Below, in pieces: positions 38,574 to 48,121 of a stretch of 64,000 nt of DNA. Source of the DNA: an uncultured Gemmatimonadales bacterium. GTDB lineage: Bacteria > Gemmatimonadota > Gemmatimonadetes > Gemmatimonadales > GWC2-71-9. The stretch is taken from the NCBI GenBank assembly GCA_963828735.1, contig CAWHFW010000005.1:448001-512000 (forward strand), in the 5' to 3' direction. Each line of letters opens with the position of its first letter. Positions within the stretch are counted from its first letter, which is position 1. The position numbers were made by a program, and so were the translations under genes. Below the pieces are notes generated by a model. It did not search any database and was not told the origin of the DNA. It saw only the letters and a program-made list of their open reading frames with translations.

Positions 38574-39227
38574 ATGCGGAGTTATGTCGCGGTCCGGGCC
38601 GTCAGGGCGTCACGTGCGCTGGCGCTTTGCGGCGCTGTCGTGCTCTCGGCCTGTGGCGGCGGCGCTCATTACGCGCAGGTTCCTGCGCGCCTGCAGGTGG
38701 CGCCCTACGGACGGGTCGCGATCGTGACTTTCGCCACCGATCACTCGGGCGATTCGCTCGAGGCGCTCGCCACCCGGCACTTCGCCGAGGCGGTGCTCGA
38801 AAGCCAGTCGAATGTCGAGCTGCTGGAGCTCGGGCCCGCCGACTCCACGGTGCGTCGGGTCGGTCCCGCGGGTGATGCGGCCGCGCTGGCGCAGGCCCTC
38901 GGCAAGGACCGCAACGTGTCGGCGGTCTTCCTGGGCAACCTGAAGATGTCGAGCGTGAAGCCGCGCGGGGTGGTGGCGAGCGTCCGGGATCTTCGGGTGG
39001 GCGCGGAAGTGTCGGGACAGCTGACGGTAAGTCTCGTGAATGCGAGCACCGGCGGGACCGTCTGGCGCTCGAGCGCGATGGCGAGCCGGACCGTCGGGCG
39101 GGTCGCGCTGGCGGACGCCCACCCGTCGGTCGCGGTGCGCGATCCCAACGACGCCTACGGTGAGATCGTGCGCGAGCTGGTCGCGGGCGTCACCCACGAC
39201 CTCCGTCCCACCTGGGTCAGGCAGTAG
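38574..39227 (+). CDS. Hypothetical lipoprotein (CsgG/TolB-N-like alpha/beta fold)
   Basis: Lipobox LSAC; RVAIVTF and LVNASTGGTVW motifs. Confidence 0.65.
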   Translation: MRSYVAVRAVRASRALALCGAVVLSACGGGAHYAQVPARLQVAPYGRVAIVTFATDHSGDSLEALATRHFAEAVLESQSNVELLELGPADSTVRRVGPAGDAAALAQALGKDRNVSAVFLGNLKMSSVKPRGVVASVRDLRVGAEVSGQLTVSLVNASTGGTVWRSSAMASRTVGRVALADAHPSVAVRDPNDAYGEIVRELVAGVTHDLRPTWVRQ

Positions 39228-39242
39228 GGCGCACGGCGGGGG

Positions 39243-40052
39243 TCACGCGACCTCCGCCATCATCCGTCCCGCCACTTCCTTCACGATCTTCGCGGCCACC
39301 GTCGCCGTGAGCCCGCCGATGTCGCGTCGCGGGTTGTACTCGACGACATCGGCGGCGACGAGATCGCCGTCCAGCTGCTGCACCAGCGACAGCACCTCTC
39401 GGGTCGCAAGTCCGCCCGGCTCATGGTGGCTCACCCCCGGCGCGAACGCCGGATCCAGACCGTCCAGATCGATCGACAGATAGACCTTGCCGCTGGTACG
39501 CGGCCGCGTGCCAGTGAGCCACGCCGGCATGTCGATCACCTCGACACCGAACCGGTCGGCCTGATCGCGCTGGTGGCGGTTCATGGTTCGGATCCCGACC
39601 TGCACGAGGCGTGTCGCCAGTCCTTCCTCCATGATCCGCGCGAACGGGCAGGCGTGCGAATAGCGGTCTCCCTCGAACACGTCGTACAGATCGGAGTGCG
39701 CATCCACGTGCAGGATGGTGAGCGGCCCGTGGGCTCGTGCGACCGCGCGGACCGCCGGGTAGGTCACGGAGTGGTCTCCACCGAGCGCGAGCGGCCGCCA
39801 CCCATCGGTGATAACCTGGGTGACACCCGATTCGATGAGCGACCGCGCATCGGCCGTGGGCGGCAGGGCCAGATCCCCCGCATCGGTCAGCCCGCCGGGC
39901 CCCAGCACCTCGCGCAGCCCGTGCGCCCAGGCGTTCGACGCCGGCGAGTGCAGCGCGGCCCGGATGAGCACAGGCGCCTCCGCCGGTCCCCGGAGGAACG
40001 AGGAGCTGGCGTCGTACGGCAGACCGACCAGTCGCGGCCGGCTCGCTGTCAC
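39243..40052 (-). CDS. Agmatinase/arginase (ureohydrolase) family
   Basis: GGDHS, DAHSD, SIDLDGLDP, VEYNP motifs; GTGA coupling to the decarboxylase. Confidence 0.93.
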   Translation of the reverse strand: MTASRPRLVGLPYDASSSFLRGPAEAPVLIRAALHSPASNAWAHGLREVLGPGGLTDAGDLALPPTADARSLIESGVTQVITDGWRPLALGGDHSVTYPAVRAVARAHGPLTILHVDAHSDLYDVFEGDRYSHACPFARIMEEGLATRLVQVGIRTMNRHQRDQADRFGVEVIDMPAWLTGTRPRTSGKVYLSIDLDGLDPAFAPGVSHHEPGGLATREVLSLVQQLDGDLVAADVVEYNPRRDIGGLTATVAAKIVKEVAGRMMAEVA

Positions 40053-41542
40053 GCACCCGCCTCGACCGCGGCGGCCTGCTCGCCTAACACGCGAAGGGCC
40101 AGGTCGATGTTTCGCCGGTGCGTTCGGAATGCGAGCGCGACCATCCGAAGGGTGAACCGGCCATCGAGCATGGTCGAGGAGAGGAAGATCCGGCCGTCGC
40201 GCCGAACGCCGTCCACGATCCGCCGGTTCATTCGGTTGGTCTGCTCGAGGTCGGCCCCCGGCGGCGCCCACCGGAAGGTCACGATCGACAGATCGGGCGG
40301 CGGCCCCGTCTCGTAGCCCAGCGCCCGAACCTCCTCGTGGAAGTAGCGCGCCAGCAGAAGCTTCTCGTCGAGCGCGGCCCGGAACGGCCGGGTGCCGAGG
40401 AGGATGAGCGGCAGCCACATCCGAGGCCCGCGAAAATGCTTCGACAGCTCGGCCGAGAGGTCCGCGGGAGACCGTTCGGTCGGGTCGGGGAGGGCGTCCT
40501 GCATGTACGCGCCGGAGTATTCGTGCGCGGCGAGGAGTGGCGCCGCATCGCGGCAGAGGACGATGCCCGATCCGTATGGGAGGAACAGCCCCTTGTGCGG
40601 GTCGAGGACCACCGAATCCGATCGCTCGATGCCGGGGAGCACGCGCCGCCCGCGATCGGTGAGGAGAAAGAAGCCGCCATACGCCGCGTCCACGTGGAAC
40701 CAGCAGTGCTCGCGCTCGGCGACGGAGGCGATCGCATCGAGCGGATCCACGGCCCCGGCGTCTGTCGTCCCGGCGGCGGCGACAATGAGCCAGGGCCGGA
40801 GGCCGGCCGTGCGGTCGGTCCTGATCGCCTCGGCCAGCGCGTCGGCCCGCAGTCGATGGCGTTCGTCCATCGCGACGTAGCGGAGCTGGGCCCCGCCGAG
40901 TCCGGCGATCCGCAGCGACTTCTGGAGGCAGTGATGCGCCTGGGTCGTGAGGTACACGACCGCGCGTGCCACCTCCGCACCGGCGATCTCGTGCGCATCG
41001 CGCGCGGCGCACACCGCCGCGAGCGTGGCGATGCTCCCGCCCGACGCGATCGCGCCCGCGGCCGCGGGCGGATACCCCACGAGATCCGCTACCCATCGGA
41101 CCAGCATGTTCTCCATTCGCGCGGCACCGGGCCCGGCGAAGAAGACACCGGAGTACTTGTTGCTGACCGCGGCGAGGAAGTCGCCGATCGCGGAGTGGTA
41201 GAGGCCGCCCCCCGGGATATAGGCCATGTGCCCGGCCGAGGCAGGGTTGGCCCCGGGACGCACGACCTCACGCTCGAGCAGGGCTATCGCGCGCTCGAGG
41301 GGGATTCCGTGCTCGCCGATGGGCGCCTCCAGCAGGCCGGCGCCCTTGTCCTCGGTCTCCTCGTACGCGTGGAGGTCGTCGATCCGACGAAGCAGGCGCT
41401 CCGACGAGGCCACCGCCGCGGTGCGGAGCCGCCGTCGGCGCCCGGTGCCGGGGTCGAGCGGCCGAGAGGCACGCTCCAAGCGGCGGAGCTCCGCCAGGAG
41501 TTCGGCACGCTCGGCCTCGGGAGATGGGGTGAGTGGCGGCAT
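40049..41542 (-). CDS. Group II PLP-dependent decarboxylase
   Basis: GGSIAT, HHCLQK, AGTTDAGAVD, HVDAAYGG, DPHK (PLP lysine). Confidence 0.92.
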   Translation of the reverse strand: MPPLTPSPEAERAELLAELRRLERASRPLDPGTGRRRRLRTAAVASSERLLRRIDDLHAYEETEDKGAGLLEAPIGEHGIPLERAIALLEREVVRPGANPASAGHMAYIPGGGLYHSAIGDFLAAVSNKYSGVFFAGPGAARMENMLVRWVADLVGYPPAAAGAIASGGSIATLAAVCAARDAHEIAGAEVARAVVYLTTQAHHCLQKSLRIAGLGGAQLRYVAMDERHRLRADALAEAIRTDRTAGLRPWLIVAAAGTTDAGAVDPLDAIASVAEREHCWFHVDAAYGGFFLLTDRGRRVLPGIERSDSVVLDPHKGLFLPYGSGIVLCRDAAPLLAAHEYSGAYMQDALPDPTERSPADLSAELSKHFRGPRMWLPLILLGTRPFRAALDEKLLLARYFHEEVRALGYETGPPPDLSIVTFRWAPPGADLEQTNRMNRRIVDGVRRDGRIFLSSTMLDGRFTLRMVALAFRTHRRNIDLALRVLGEQAAAVEAGA

Positions 41543-41716
41543 CGAGGCCTCGAAGTTAATCGCCCCCCGGGGAGACAGAATGGCCTCCGAGTCGGCGCCG
41601 GGCCTGGCTCCAAGGAGGACGGATGGCTTGCCCTCCTCCGTCGGTGGTCCTAGAATTTGCCCCGCGCCGGGCCGCATCGAGCGGCCGGCGCTTTCCCGTA
41701 TCCCAAGAGGGCCATC

Positions 41717-43750
41717 GTGTCGTTCGCCGCCGTTCTGCCCGTGCTCATGCTCGTGCTGCAGCAGCAGGCCTCGCTCCCGACATCGCCGATCAAGCGAATC
41801 GAGGTGCTGCCAGCCACGCGCACCATCGTCGCGGGGGATTCGGTTCACCTGGAGCTGCGCGCCCTGGATGCCGACGGCAAGCCCGTCCCGGGTGCGGTGC
41901 TCTACTCCAAGCTGCTGGGCGGCGAAGGCGAAGGCTCGCTGCAGGCCGGGACCGGATGGCTCGTGGTGAGCTCGGTGGGCAAGTTCCCGCTGTCGGTCAG
42001 CGCGGTGGTGCCGGGCTACCTCCCGTTCGTAGACACCACCTCGATCCGGTTCCAGGGCGTGCCGGGGCCGGCCACGCGGATCGAGCTGAGCTCCCACGCC
42101 GCCACGATCGCCACGGGGCAGTCGCTCCCGCTCACCGCGCTGGCCTTCTCGAAGGCGAACGACCGTACGCGCGACTCGATCCGCTGGCAGTCGAGCCTGC
42201 CGAAAGTCGCGAGCGTGGACCGCTCCGGCGTCGTCACCGGCGTCGCGCCGGGCAGGGCCACGCTCACGGCATCGGTGCGGGGCGCGTCGGCCTCCCTCGA
42301 CGTCCGGGTTGTGCCGGCGACGATCGGGAAGCTGACACTGTCACCCTCGAAGCCGACGGTGCGCCAGGGCGACGTAGTCGCGTTCAGCGTGGAGGGCCGC
42401 GACGGGGCCGGCAAGCCGATCGCCAATCTCACACCGACGTGGAGCTTCTCGCCCGGTGACGGGCAGCTCGACGCGGACGGCCGCTTCGTGGCGTATCGCA
42501 CCGGCACCTATACGGTGACCGCCGCGCTCGGCCGCGTGGCGGCGAGCACGACCGTGCAGGTGAGCGAGCGCGACGTGCGGCGGCCCGTGACCGTCGTGGG
42601 GCGCCTGCCCCGCACCGGGTTCTCGACGTCCGAGGTCTGGATCCACCAGAACGGCAAGGTGGCCTACCTCGGCACCCACCAGGGCGGAGACCGGCTGTAC
42701 GCGATCGACATCACCGATCCGTCGAAGCCGGTCGTCGTGGACTCGATCATGGCGAACATGCGGCTCGTGAACGACATGCAGACCACGCCCGACGGCAACT
42801 ACATGGTCTTCACCCGCGAGGGGGCGTCCGACCGCAAGAACGGCATCGTCATCGCCGACACGCACGACCCGCTCCACCCCAAGGAGATCGCCCAGTTCAC
42901 CGACGGTGTCGCCGCCGGCGTGCATTCGGTCTACATCTACGAGAACCCGCAGTACGGCCGCTACGTCTTCATCACCAACGACGGCACCGGCGCCATCGAC
43001 ATCGTCAACATCACCGACCCCGCCAAGCCGACCCGCGCCGGCGAGTGGCGGACCGACCGCCCCGACGCCGCGCGCTACGTGCACGATCTCGACATCGTGG
43101 ACGGGCTGATGTACGCGAGCTACTGGAACGACGGGCTGGTCATCCTCGACATCGGGAACGGCAAGTGGGGCGGCCGGCCGGACAAGCCGGTGCTGGTCTC
43201 GCAGTTCAAGTACGACCTTGACTCCCTCTACAAGGAAGTCGAGGACGTGTCCCGGCCCGGCTTCACCCGTGGCACGCACACGGCCTGGCGGCAGCGTGGC
43301 GGCAAGTACGTCTTCATCTCGGACGAGGTCTATCGCAACGGCAACATCCGTGGCGCGAAGGACGCCTCGGCCGACCGGATGTACGGCACCCTGCAGGTCG
43401 TGGACGTGAGCGACATCGAGCATCCGAAGTCGGTGGCGTGGTACACCCCCGAGAGCGGCGGCGTGCACAACGTGTGGCAGGTGGCCGACACGCTCTACCT
43501 CGGCGCGTACGACGCCGGCTTCCACGTGTTCGACATCTCGGGCGAGCTCAAGGGCGACCTGCGGGCGCAGCACCGCGAGATTGCGTCGCTCAACACGGCC
43601 GATCTGGGCGGCATCGTGCCCAACGCCGCGTTCGACTGGGGCGTGGTGGTGAACCCCAAGGACGGGCTCGCCTACGTGAACGACTTCAACAACGGCCTCT
43701 GGGTGGTGCGGGTGGACCCCAAGGCCACCGCCGCCCCGCTCACGCCGTGA
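41717..43750 (+). CDS. Secreted protein with Ig-like (Big_2) domains and an LVIVD-repeat propeller
   Basis: WQSS..VASVDRSGVVTG; repeats YAIDITDP, LVILDIGN, LQVVDVSD. Confidence 0.85.
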   Translation: MSFAAVLPVLMLVLQQQASLPTSPIKRIEVLPATRTIVAGDSVHLELRALDADGKPVPGAVLYSKLLGGEGEGSLQAGTGWLVVSSVGKFPLSVSAVVPGYLPFVDTTSIRFQGVPGPATRIELSSHAATIATGQSLPLTALAFSKANDRTRDSIRWQSSLPKVASVDRSGVVTGVAPGRATLTASVRGASASLDVRVVPATIGKLTLSPSKPTVRQGDVVAFSVEGRDGAGKPIANLTPTWSFSPGDGQLDADGRFVAYRTGTYTVTAALGRVAASTTVQVSERDVRRPVTVVGRLPRTGFSTSEVWIHQNGKVAYLGTHQGGDRLYAIDITDPSKPVVVDSIMANMRLVNDMQTTPDGNYMVFTREGASDRKNGIVIADTHDPLHPKEIAQFTDGVAAGVHSVYIYENPQYGRYVFITNDGTGAIDIVNITDPAKPTRAGEWRTDRPDAARYVHDLDIVDGLMYASYWNDGLVILDIGNGKWGGRPDKPVLVSQFKYDLDSLYKEVEDVSRPGFTRGTHTAWRQRGGKYVFISDEVYRNGNIRGAKDASADRMYGTLQVVDVSDIEHPKSVAWYTPESGGVHNVWQVADTLYLGAYDAGFHVFDISGELKGDLRAQHREIASLNTADLGGIVPNAAFDWGVVVNPKDGLAYVNDFNNGLWVVRVDPKATAAPLTP

Positions 43751-44880
43751 GCGCCCTGCACAGGATCGGCGCGCTCGCGGGGCTCGTCGCGACGCTGACG
43801 GCCGCCGCGCCACCCGACAAGAACTACTACGTCTTCGTCGCGAGCGAGGGCAACGACCGCATCGCTCTCGTCCGCTTCGGCCCGGAGGGCGCGCGGGTCG
43901 AGCGGGAGCGGAAAGTCGGCACCAATCCAACCGAGCTGGCGGGGCCGCACGGCCTGTACGTCTCGCCGGATGGCAAGTGGTACTACGTGACCACGGCGCA
44001 CGGCACGCCCAACGGCGCGTTGTGGAAGTTCTCCACGGAGAATGACGAACAGGCGGGTCGAGTCGAGCTCGGCCGGTTTCCGGCGACGGTGCAGATCTCC
44101 CCCGACGGGCACTACGCGTGGGTGGTGAACTTCAACCTCTATGGCGACATGGTGCCGTCGTCGGTTTCCGTCGTGTGGACCGATCAGATGCAGGAGGTAC
44201 ACCGCATCCCGACCTGCGTGATGCCGCATGGCTCGCGCCTCTCGCCGGATGGCACCCGGCAGTACTCCGCCTGCATGATGAACGATGAGCTGGTGGAGAT
44301 CGACGCGGCCAGGATGGCGGTGGCGCGGACCTTCCTGCTGAAGAAGGGCCTCGAGCACGGGATGACGACTCCCGCGATCGGGACCGCCTCCGCCGGCGGC
44401 CACGACATGACGGCGCCCAAACCGGCTGACGTGGGGTGCTCGCCCACCTGGGCGCAGCCGTCCACGGACGGCCGGACCGTCTGGGTGGCGTGCAACAAAT
44501 CGAACGAGCTGGTGGAGATTGACGTCGCCTCGTGGACGCTGCGGCGGCGGATCCCGGCGGGCGAAGGGATTTACAATCTGGCCGCGAGTGCGGATGGCCG
44601 CCTTGTCGTGGCGACGAACAAGAAAGGCAAGTCGGTCTCGGTCTTCGACGCCGCGACCGGCAAGGAGCTCGCGCGCATCGCGACGACCAGGCGGGTGCCG
44701 AGCGGGCTCGTGATCTCGCCGGACAGCAGGTACGCGTTCGTCACGCAGGAGGGCGTCGGCGCGGAGCCGGGAACGGTGGATATGATCGACCTGCAGACGC
44801 TCGAGCGCGCGGCCAGCGTGGACGTCGGGCAGCAGGCCGGAGGGATCGATTTCTGGAAGGTGGAGGCCCTGGGGCGGTAG
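43747..44880 (+). CDS. YncE/YVTN beta-propeller protein
   Basis: GTGA overlap with the upstream gene; repeated SPDG..YV blades. Confidence 0.85.
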   Translation: MSALHRIGALAGLVATLTAAAPPDKNYYVFVASEGNDRIALVRFGPEGARVERERKVGTNPTELAGPHGLYVSPDGKWYYVTTAHGTPNGALWKFSTENDEQAGRVELGRFPATVQISPDGHYAWVVNFNLYGDMVPSSVSVVWTDQMQEVHRIPTCVMPHGSRLSPDGTRQYSACMMNDELVEIDAARMAVARTFLLKKGLEHGMTTPAIGTASAGGHDMTAPKPADVGCSPTWAQPSTDGRTVWVACNKSNELVEIDVASWTLRRRIPAGEGIYNLAASADGRLVVATNKKGKSVSVFDAATGKELARIATTRRVPSGLVISPDSRYAFVTQEGVGAEPGTVDMIDLQTLERAASVDVGQQAGGIDFWKVEALGR

Positions 44881-44900
44881 GGTTGCTCCTCGCGCGGGAA

Positions 44901-45974
44901 TCACTCCGCTTGGATTGCTACCCGGTGCCAGGCGTTGTTCGCGTAACCCTTCACGTTCCAGGTTTCGCCCAGCGCGACCGGCATCGTCGCGCCGGTGGCG
45001 TCGGCGGCTCGCACGGCGAGGATGTGCCGCCCGCGGGCCAGGTCGAGCGTCGCTTCCCAGAGGCTCCAGGTCCATGTCGCGCCGGGCACCGCGATGCGGG
45101 CGGGCACCCAGTCCGCGCCTCCGTTCGGGCTGACTTCGACCGCCGTGATCGGCTGGCCGCCCGTTCCCATCGCCCACCCGCGCACCCGCACCTTCCCTGC
45201 GGCGACGACCTGATCTCTCGACGGCTCGAGGATCACCGCGTTGAGGCACACCTCGCTCAGCGGGATCCCGCCGGAAACGTCTCTCGGGTTCGCGGGATCG
45301 ATCTCCCGCTGCACGCGATACGCCTTACTCTGAAAGTAGTTGTTCGAGGGTTCGGCGGCGAGCGTGATTCGACCGAGCCACTTCACACTGCGTGCGCCGA
45401 TCCAGCCGGGCACGAGGCTGCGGATCGGGAAGCCATGGACGGGCGGTAACGGTGCCCCGTTGAGCTCGCTCGCGAGCAGCACGTCCGGCGTCAAAGCCTT
45501 GGCAAGGTCGATCGATCCCCCGAATCCGAAGCGCTGGCCGTGGCGCTCGACCGCGTCGAGGCCAACGAATTCGACGTAGCGGGCCTCCCGCCTTACACCC
45601 GCCTGCCGCAACACCTCCGCGAGGCCGCAGCCACCCCACCGTCCGGTGCTCACCGGCTCGGGGCCCCACGGCAGCTCGCCGGGCAACGGGCCGAGCGCCA
45701 GGAATTCGTCGCGACGAAGACCGGCGCAGATGAGCGTGGCGGGCACCTCCCGACGAGGCAAGGCCGCGAGATCCTCGAGCGACAATCGGAGTGGGTGGTC
45801 GACGAGTCCGCCGATCTCGAGACGCCAGCTATGGGGATCGATCGATGGTGTGGCGGCGTGACTGCGGGTGAAAAAGCTCTCGGTGGTGGTGACCAGTTCG
45901 CACTGGCGGAGGGGCCAGAGCGCGGTGTTGTGCCCTTCGGGATCGTGAATGAGGCGACGGCCGTTCGCGGTCAT
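44901..45974 (-). CDS. Sulfite oxidase family molybdoenzyme, no signal peptide
   Basis: FFTRSH, ICAG (Mo-Cys), HGFPIR, PGWIGARSVKWL, VEVS..GG..W, WNVKGY motifs. Confidence 0.92.
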   Translation of the reverse strand: MTANGRRLIHDPEGHNTALWPLRQCELVTTTESFFTRSHAATPSIDPHSWRLEIGGLVDHPLRLSLEDLAALPRREVPATLICAGLRRDEFLALGPLPGELPWGPEPVSTGRWGGCGLAEVLRQAGVRREARYVEFVGLDAVERHGQRFGFGGSIDLAKALTPDVLLASELNGAPLPPVHGFPIRSLVPGWIGARSVKWLGRITLAAEPSNNYFQSKAYRVQREIDPANPRDVSGGIPLSEVCLNAVILEPSRDQVVAAGKVRVRGWAMGTGGQPITAVEVSPNGGADWVPARIAVPGATWTWSLWEATLDLARGRHILAVRAADATGATMPVALGETWNVKGYANNAWHRVAIQAE

Positions 45975-46058
45975 GATACTCCGGGAGTCTGGGATCGTCG
46001 TGCGCTGGGGAATGGTCGCCGCGCCTCCATCGCCGGTCAAGCGTCAGCGTCCCAAGCG

Positions 46059-47552
46059 TCAGCGTGCCTGCTCGGAGCCCACATCCGGCAGGTAACCCCG
46101 CAGCTCGCGCGCCCACCAGGCGCCGCTGCGCGCGCGCTCGGCCGGGGTGGTGAAGCGATAGTCATAGAGCGCGAAGTGAATGAAGCGCGGTGGGGCGTCA
46201 GGAAACGGGTTCCGGGCGAGCAGCGCCGTGACTTCGGGCGTCCCGGCACGCAGGCGCTGCGCGAGCGCCTGCAGGAGCGGAAGGCCCTGCATCGGATCGA
46301 GCGCGGCGAACCACATCTGCCAATCGAGCCGCGGATGATAGGGCTCGACGAACGGCGGCGGACGCTGCAGCGAACCCGGCTTGTAGCGGAACTCGTACTC
46401 CATCCAGTGGTCACCGTCCCGGCTGCCCTCGACCACGATCTCCGGGCGCTCCGTCGTCATCACCCGGAAGAGGCCATACCCGTTGAACGACCGAAGCGGC
46501 GCGACCCACGCCAGGACCGTCGAGCCCCAGCTGGGAAGCAGCGTCCGGCCGCGGCCCTCGGGCAGCGTGTACGCAATTTCGGCCCAGGCGCTCAGCGCGC
46601 TCACGAGCGCGATCACGGGCACGATCCCCATCAGTAGACCCCGCCAGGCGCGCGACTCGCCTCCCGCCGCGGTGAACCTCGCCGGCGCTACCCGGCCGAG
46701 CACGCGATCGTCCAGGGCAGGAATGCAGAGCATGATGGCCAGCAGGTTGAAGAACCCATAGTTGCCCGTGAGCGCGATGCCGGCCTGCAGCAGGACGAGC
46801 CCGGCGACGCCCGCGTAGCGCAGCGAGCGGAAACGCGACGGCGCGAACAGCAGCCACGGCGCGCCCAGCTCCACGACGAACATTCCCGCCGTGCCGAGGC
46901 GGTGGGTCCAGCCAGGGAGCTGATGCGCGTACCACCCTGGCCAGGTCGGCAAGGGTTGGGTCTCGAAGTGGTAGTCGAGCGCGGTGAGATGCCGCCAGGT
47001 CGGATCGCCGCTCAGGAGCTTGGTGGCGCCCGAGAGGAACATGAGCTTGAAGAGGAGAAAGACGAACAGCCACCGTACGGGCGCGGACGCGGGAGGCTCC
47101 TGGCGCGAAGGTCGCCACCCCGGCGGCGCCCACAGGAGGCCAAGGAGCCCGGTCTCGAGCAGCAGGCCATCCCACTGAAACGAGAGGAAGTCCTGTCCCG
47201 CCACCACGAGCGAGAGGTAGAGGACCCACGCACCGGCGAGGGTCGCTCGCGGGGCGATCCCGACGATGTGCAGCACCGCGAGGCTCGCGCCAGTCCAGGC
47301 CACGAGGCCGAGCGCCGTGGTGCCGGCCCCGAGCCAGAAGACAGTGGGCAGCAGGCGGTAGGCGCGGCTGCCGTAGAGCGAATGGACCGAGTCCAGAAAT
47401 GCGTGCGCCGGAAGGAGGCCGTTCGGGCCGATGAGCCCGGCCACCTGCACCGCCAGCGAGACGAAGGCGATGAGATACACCACCCCGAGCAGGCGGAGAA
47501 ACAGCCAGCGGGTGACCTGGTAGCCTCCGCCTAGCGGCTGACCGTCAGCCAT
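46059..47552 (-). CDS. Lipase maturation factor (LMF) family protein, paralog A
   Basis: FLRLLGVVY, FQWDGLLLE, YHFETQPLP, TGNYGFFN, YGLF, YHPRLDWQMWFAAL motifs. Confidence 0.92.
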   Translation of the reverse strand: MADGQPLGGGYQVTRWLFLRLLGVVYLIAFVSLAVQVAGLIGPNGLLPAHAFLDSVHSLYGSRAYRLLPTVFWLGAGTTALGLVAWTGASLAVLHIVGIAPRATLAGAWVLYLSLVVAGQDFLSFQWDGLLLETGLLGLLWAPPGWRPSRQEPPASAPVRWLFVFLLFKLMFLSGATKLLSGDPTWRHLTALDYHFETQPLPTWPGWYAHQLPGWTHRLGTAGMFVVELGAPWLLFAPSRFRSLRYAGVAGLVLLQAGIALTGNYGFFNLLAIMLCIPALDDRVLGRVAPARFTAAGGESRAWRGLLMGIVPVIALVSALSAWAEIAYTLPEGRGRTLLPSWGSTVLAWVAPLRSFNGYGLFRVMTTERPEIVVEGSRDGDHWMEYEFRYKPGSLQRPPPFVEPYHPRLDWQMWFAALDPMQGLPLLQALAQRLRAGTPEVTALLARNPFPDAPPRFIHFALYDYRFTTPAERARSGAWWARELRGYLPDVGSEQAR

Positions 47553-47848
47553 ATCACCAGCGCGACGCCCGCCACGGCCACCACTCGCAGGCTCAGGAGG
47601 ACGGCCCGGGGCGCGTCGAGCAGCGCGGCGAAGACCAGCGCCGTCATGGAAACCACGCTGAGCGCCATGCAGGCGAGCCGCCAGCCTTCGCGGCGGAGTC
47701 GTCGCTCCAGGACCGCCCGATCGGGGCCAGCGCGAGCGGCCAGGAGGTCACGCACCCGTTTCCACCGTCGGTAGCCGCGCTGCACCACGAGCACGCTCAA
47801 GGCGGCAAAGAAGACGAACAGTCCCCACCAGAATCGAAAGTCGCGCAC
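47531..47848 (-). CDS. Small hypothetical membrane protein (about 3 TM)
   Basis: Three hydrophobic segments; 3' end overlaps the LMF start. Confidence 0.55.
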   Translation of the reverse strand: MRDFRFWWGLFVFFAALSVLVVQRGYRRWKRVRDLLAARAGPDRAVLERRLRREGWRLACMALSVVSMTALVFAALLDAPRAVLLSLRVVAVAGVALVIWLTVSR

Positions 47849-48121
47849 AGCCAACCCTTGTGGTCCCGCGAGCCTTGCCTGCGGCCTTCCATCGGTCACA
47901 GGGAATGCAATCTGGTCGGCCCTCGTTGTGGGCGTAAGGGAAATCGCGCGGGAAGGTAGGTGAAGTGCGGGATGACAGCCCGATCGGCTCGGCACCGGGA
48001 CGCCGATGGATGGGGCGCAACCATGAAGGCACATCTCGTTCGCGACCGCCGAGCTCCTATCTTTGGCTGGAGACCCGTCCGGCCCGCGAGATCGCCGGCC
48101 GGGCAACTTCGGGAGGCGGCG

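Noticed and set aside
48043..48055. Second GEMM riboswitch (CGACCGCCGAGCT identical to 11481-11493)
   Set aside because: No GNRA hairpin or GACGCAAAGC core; chance match in GC-rich DNA.
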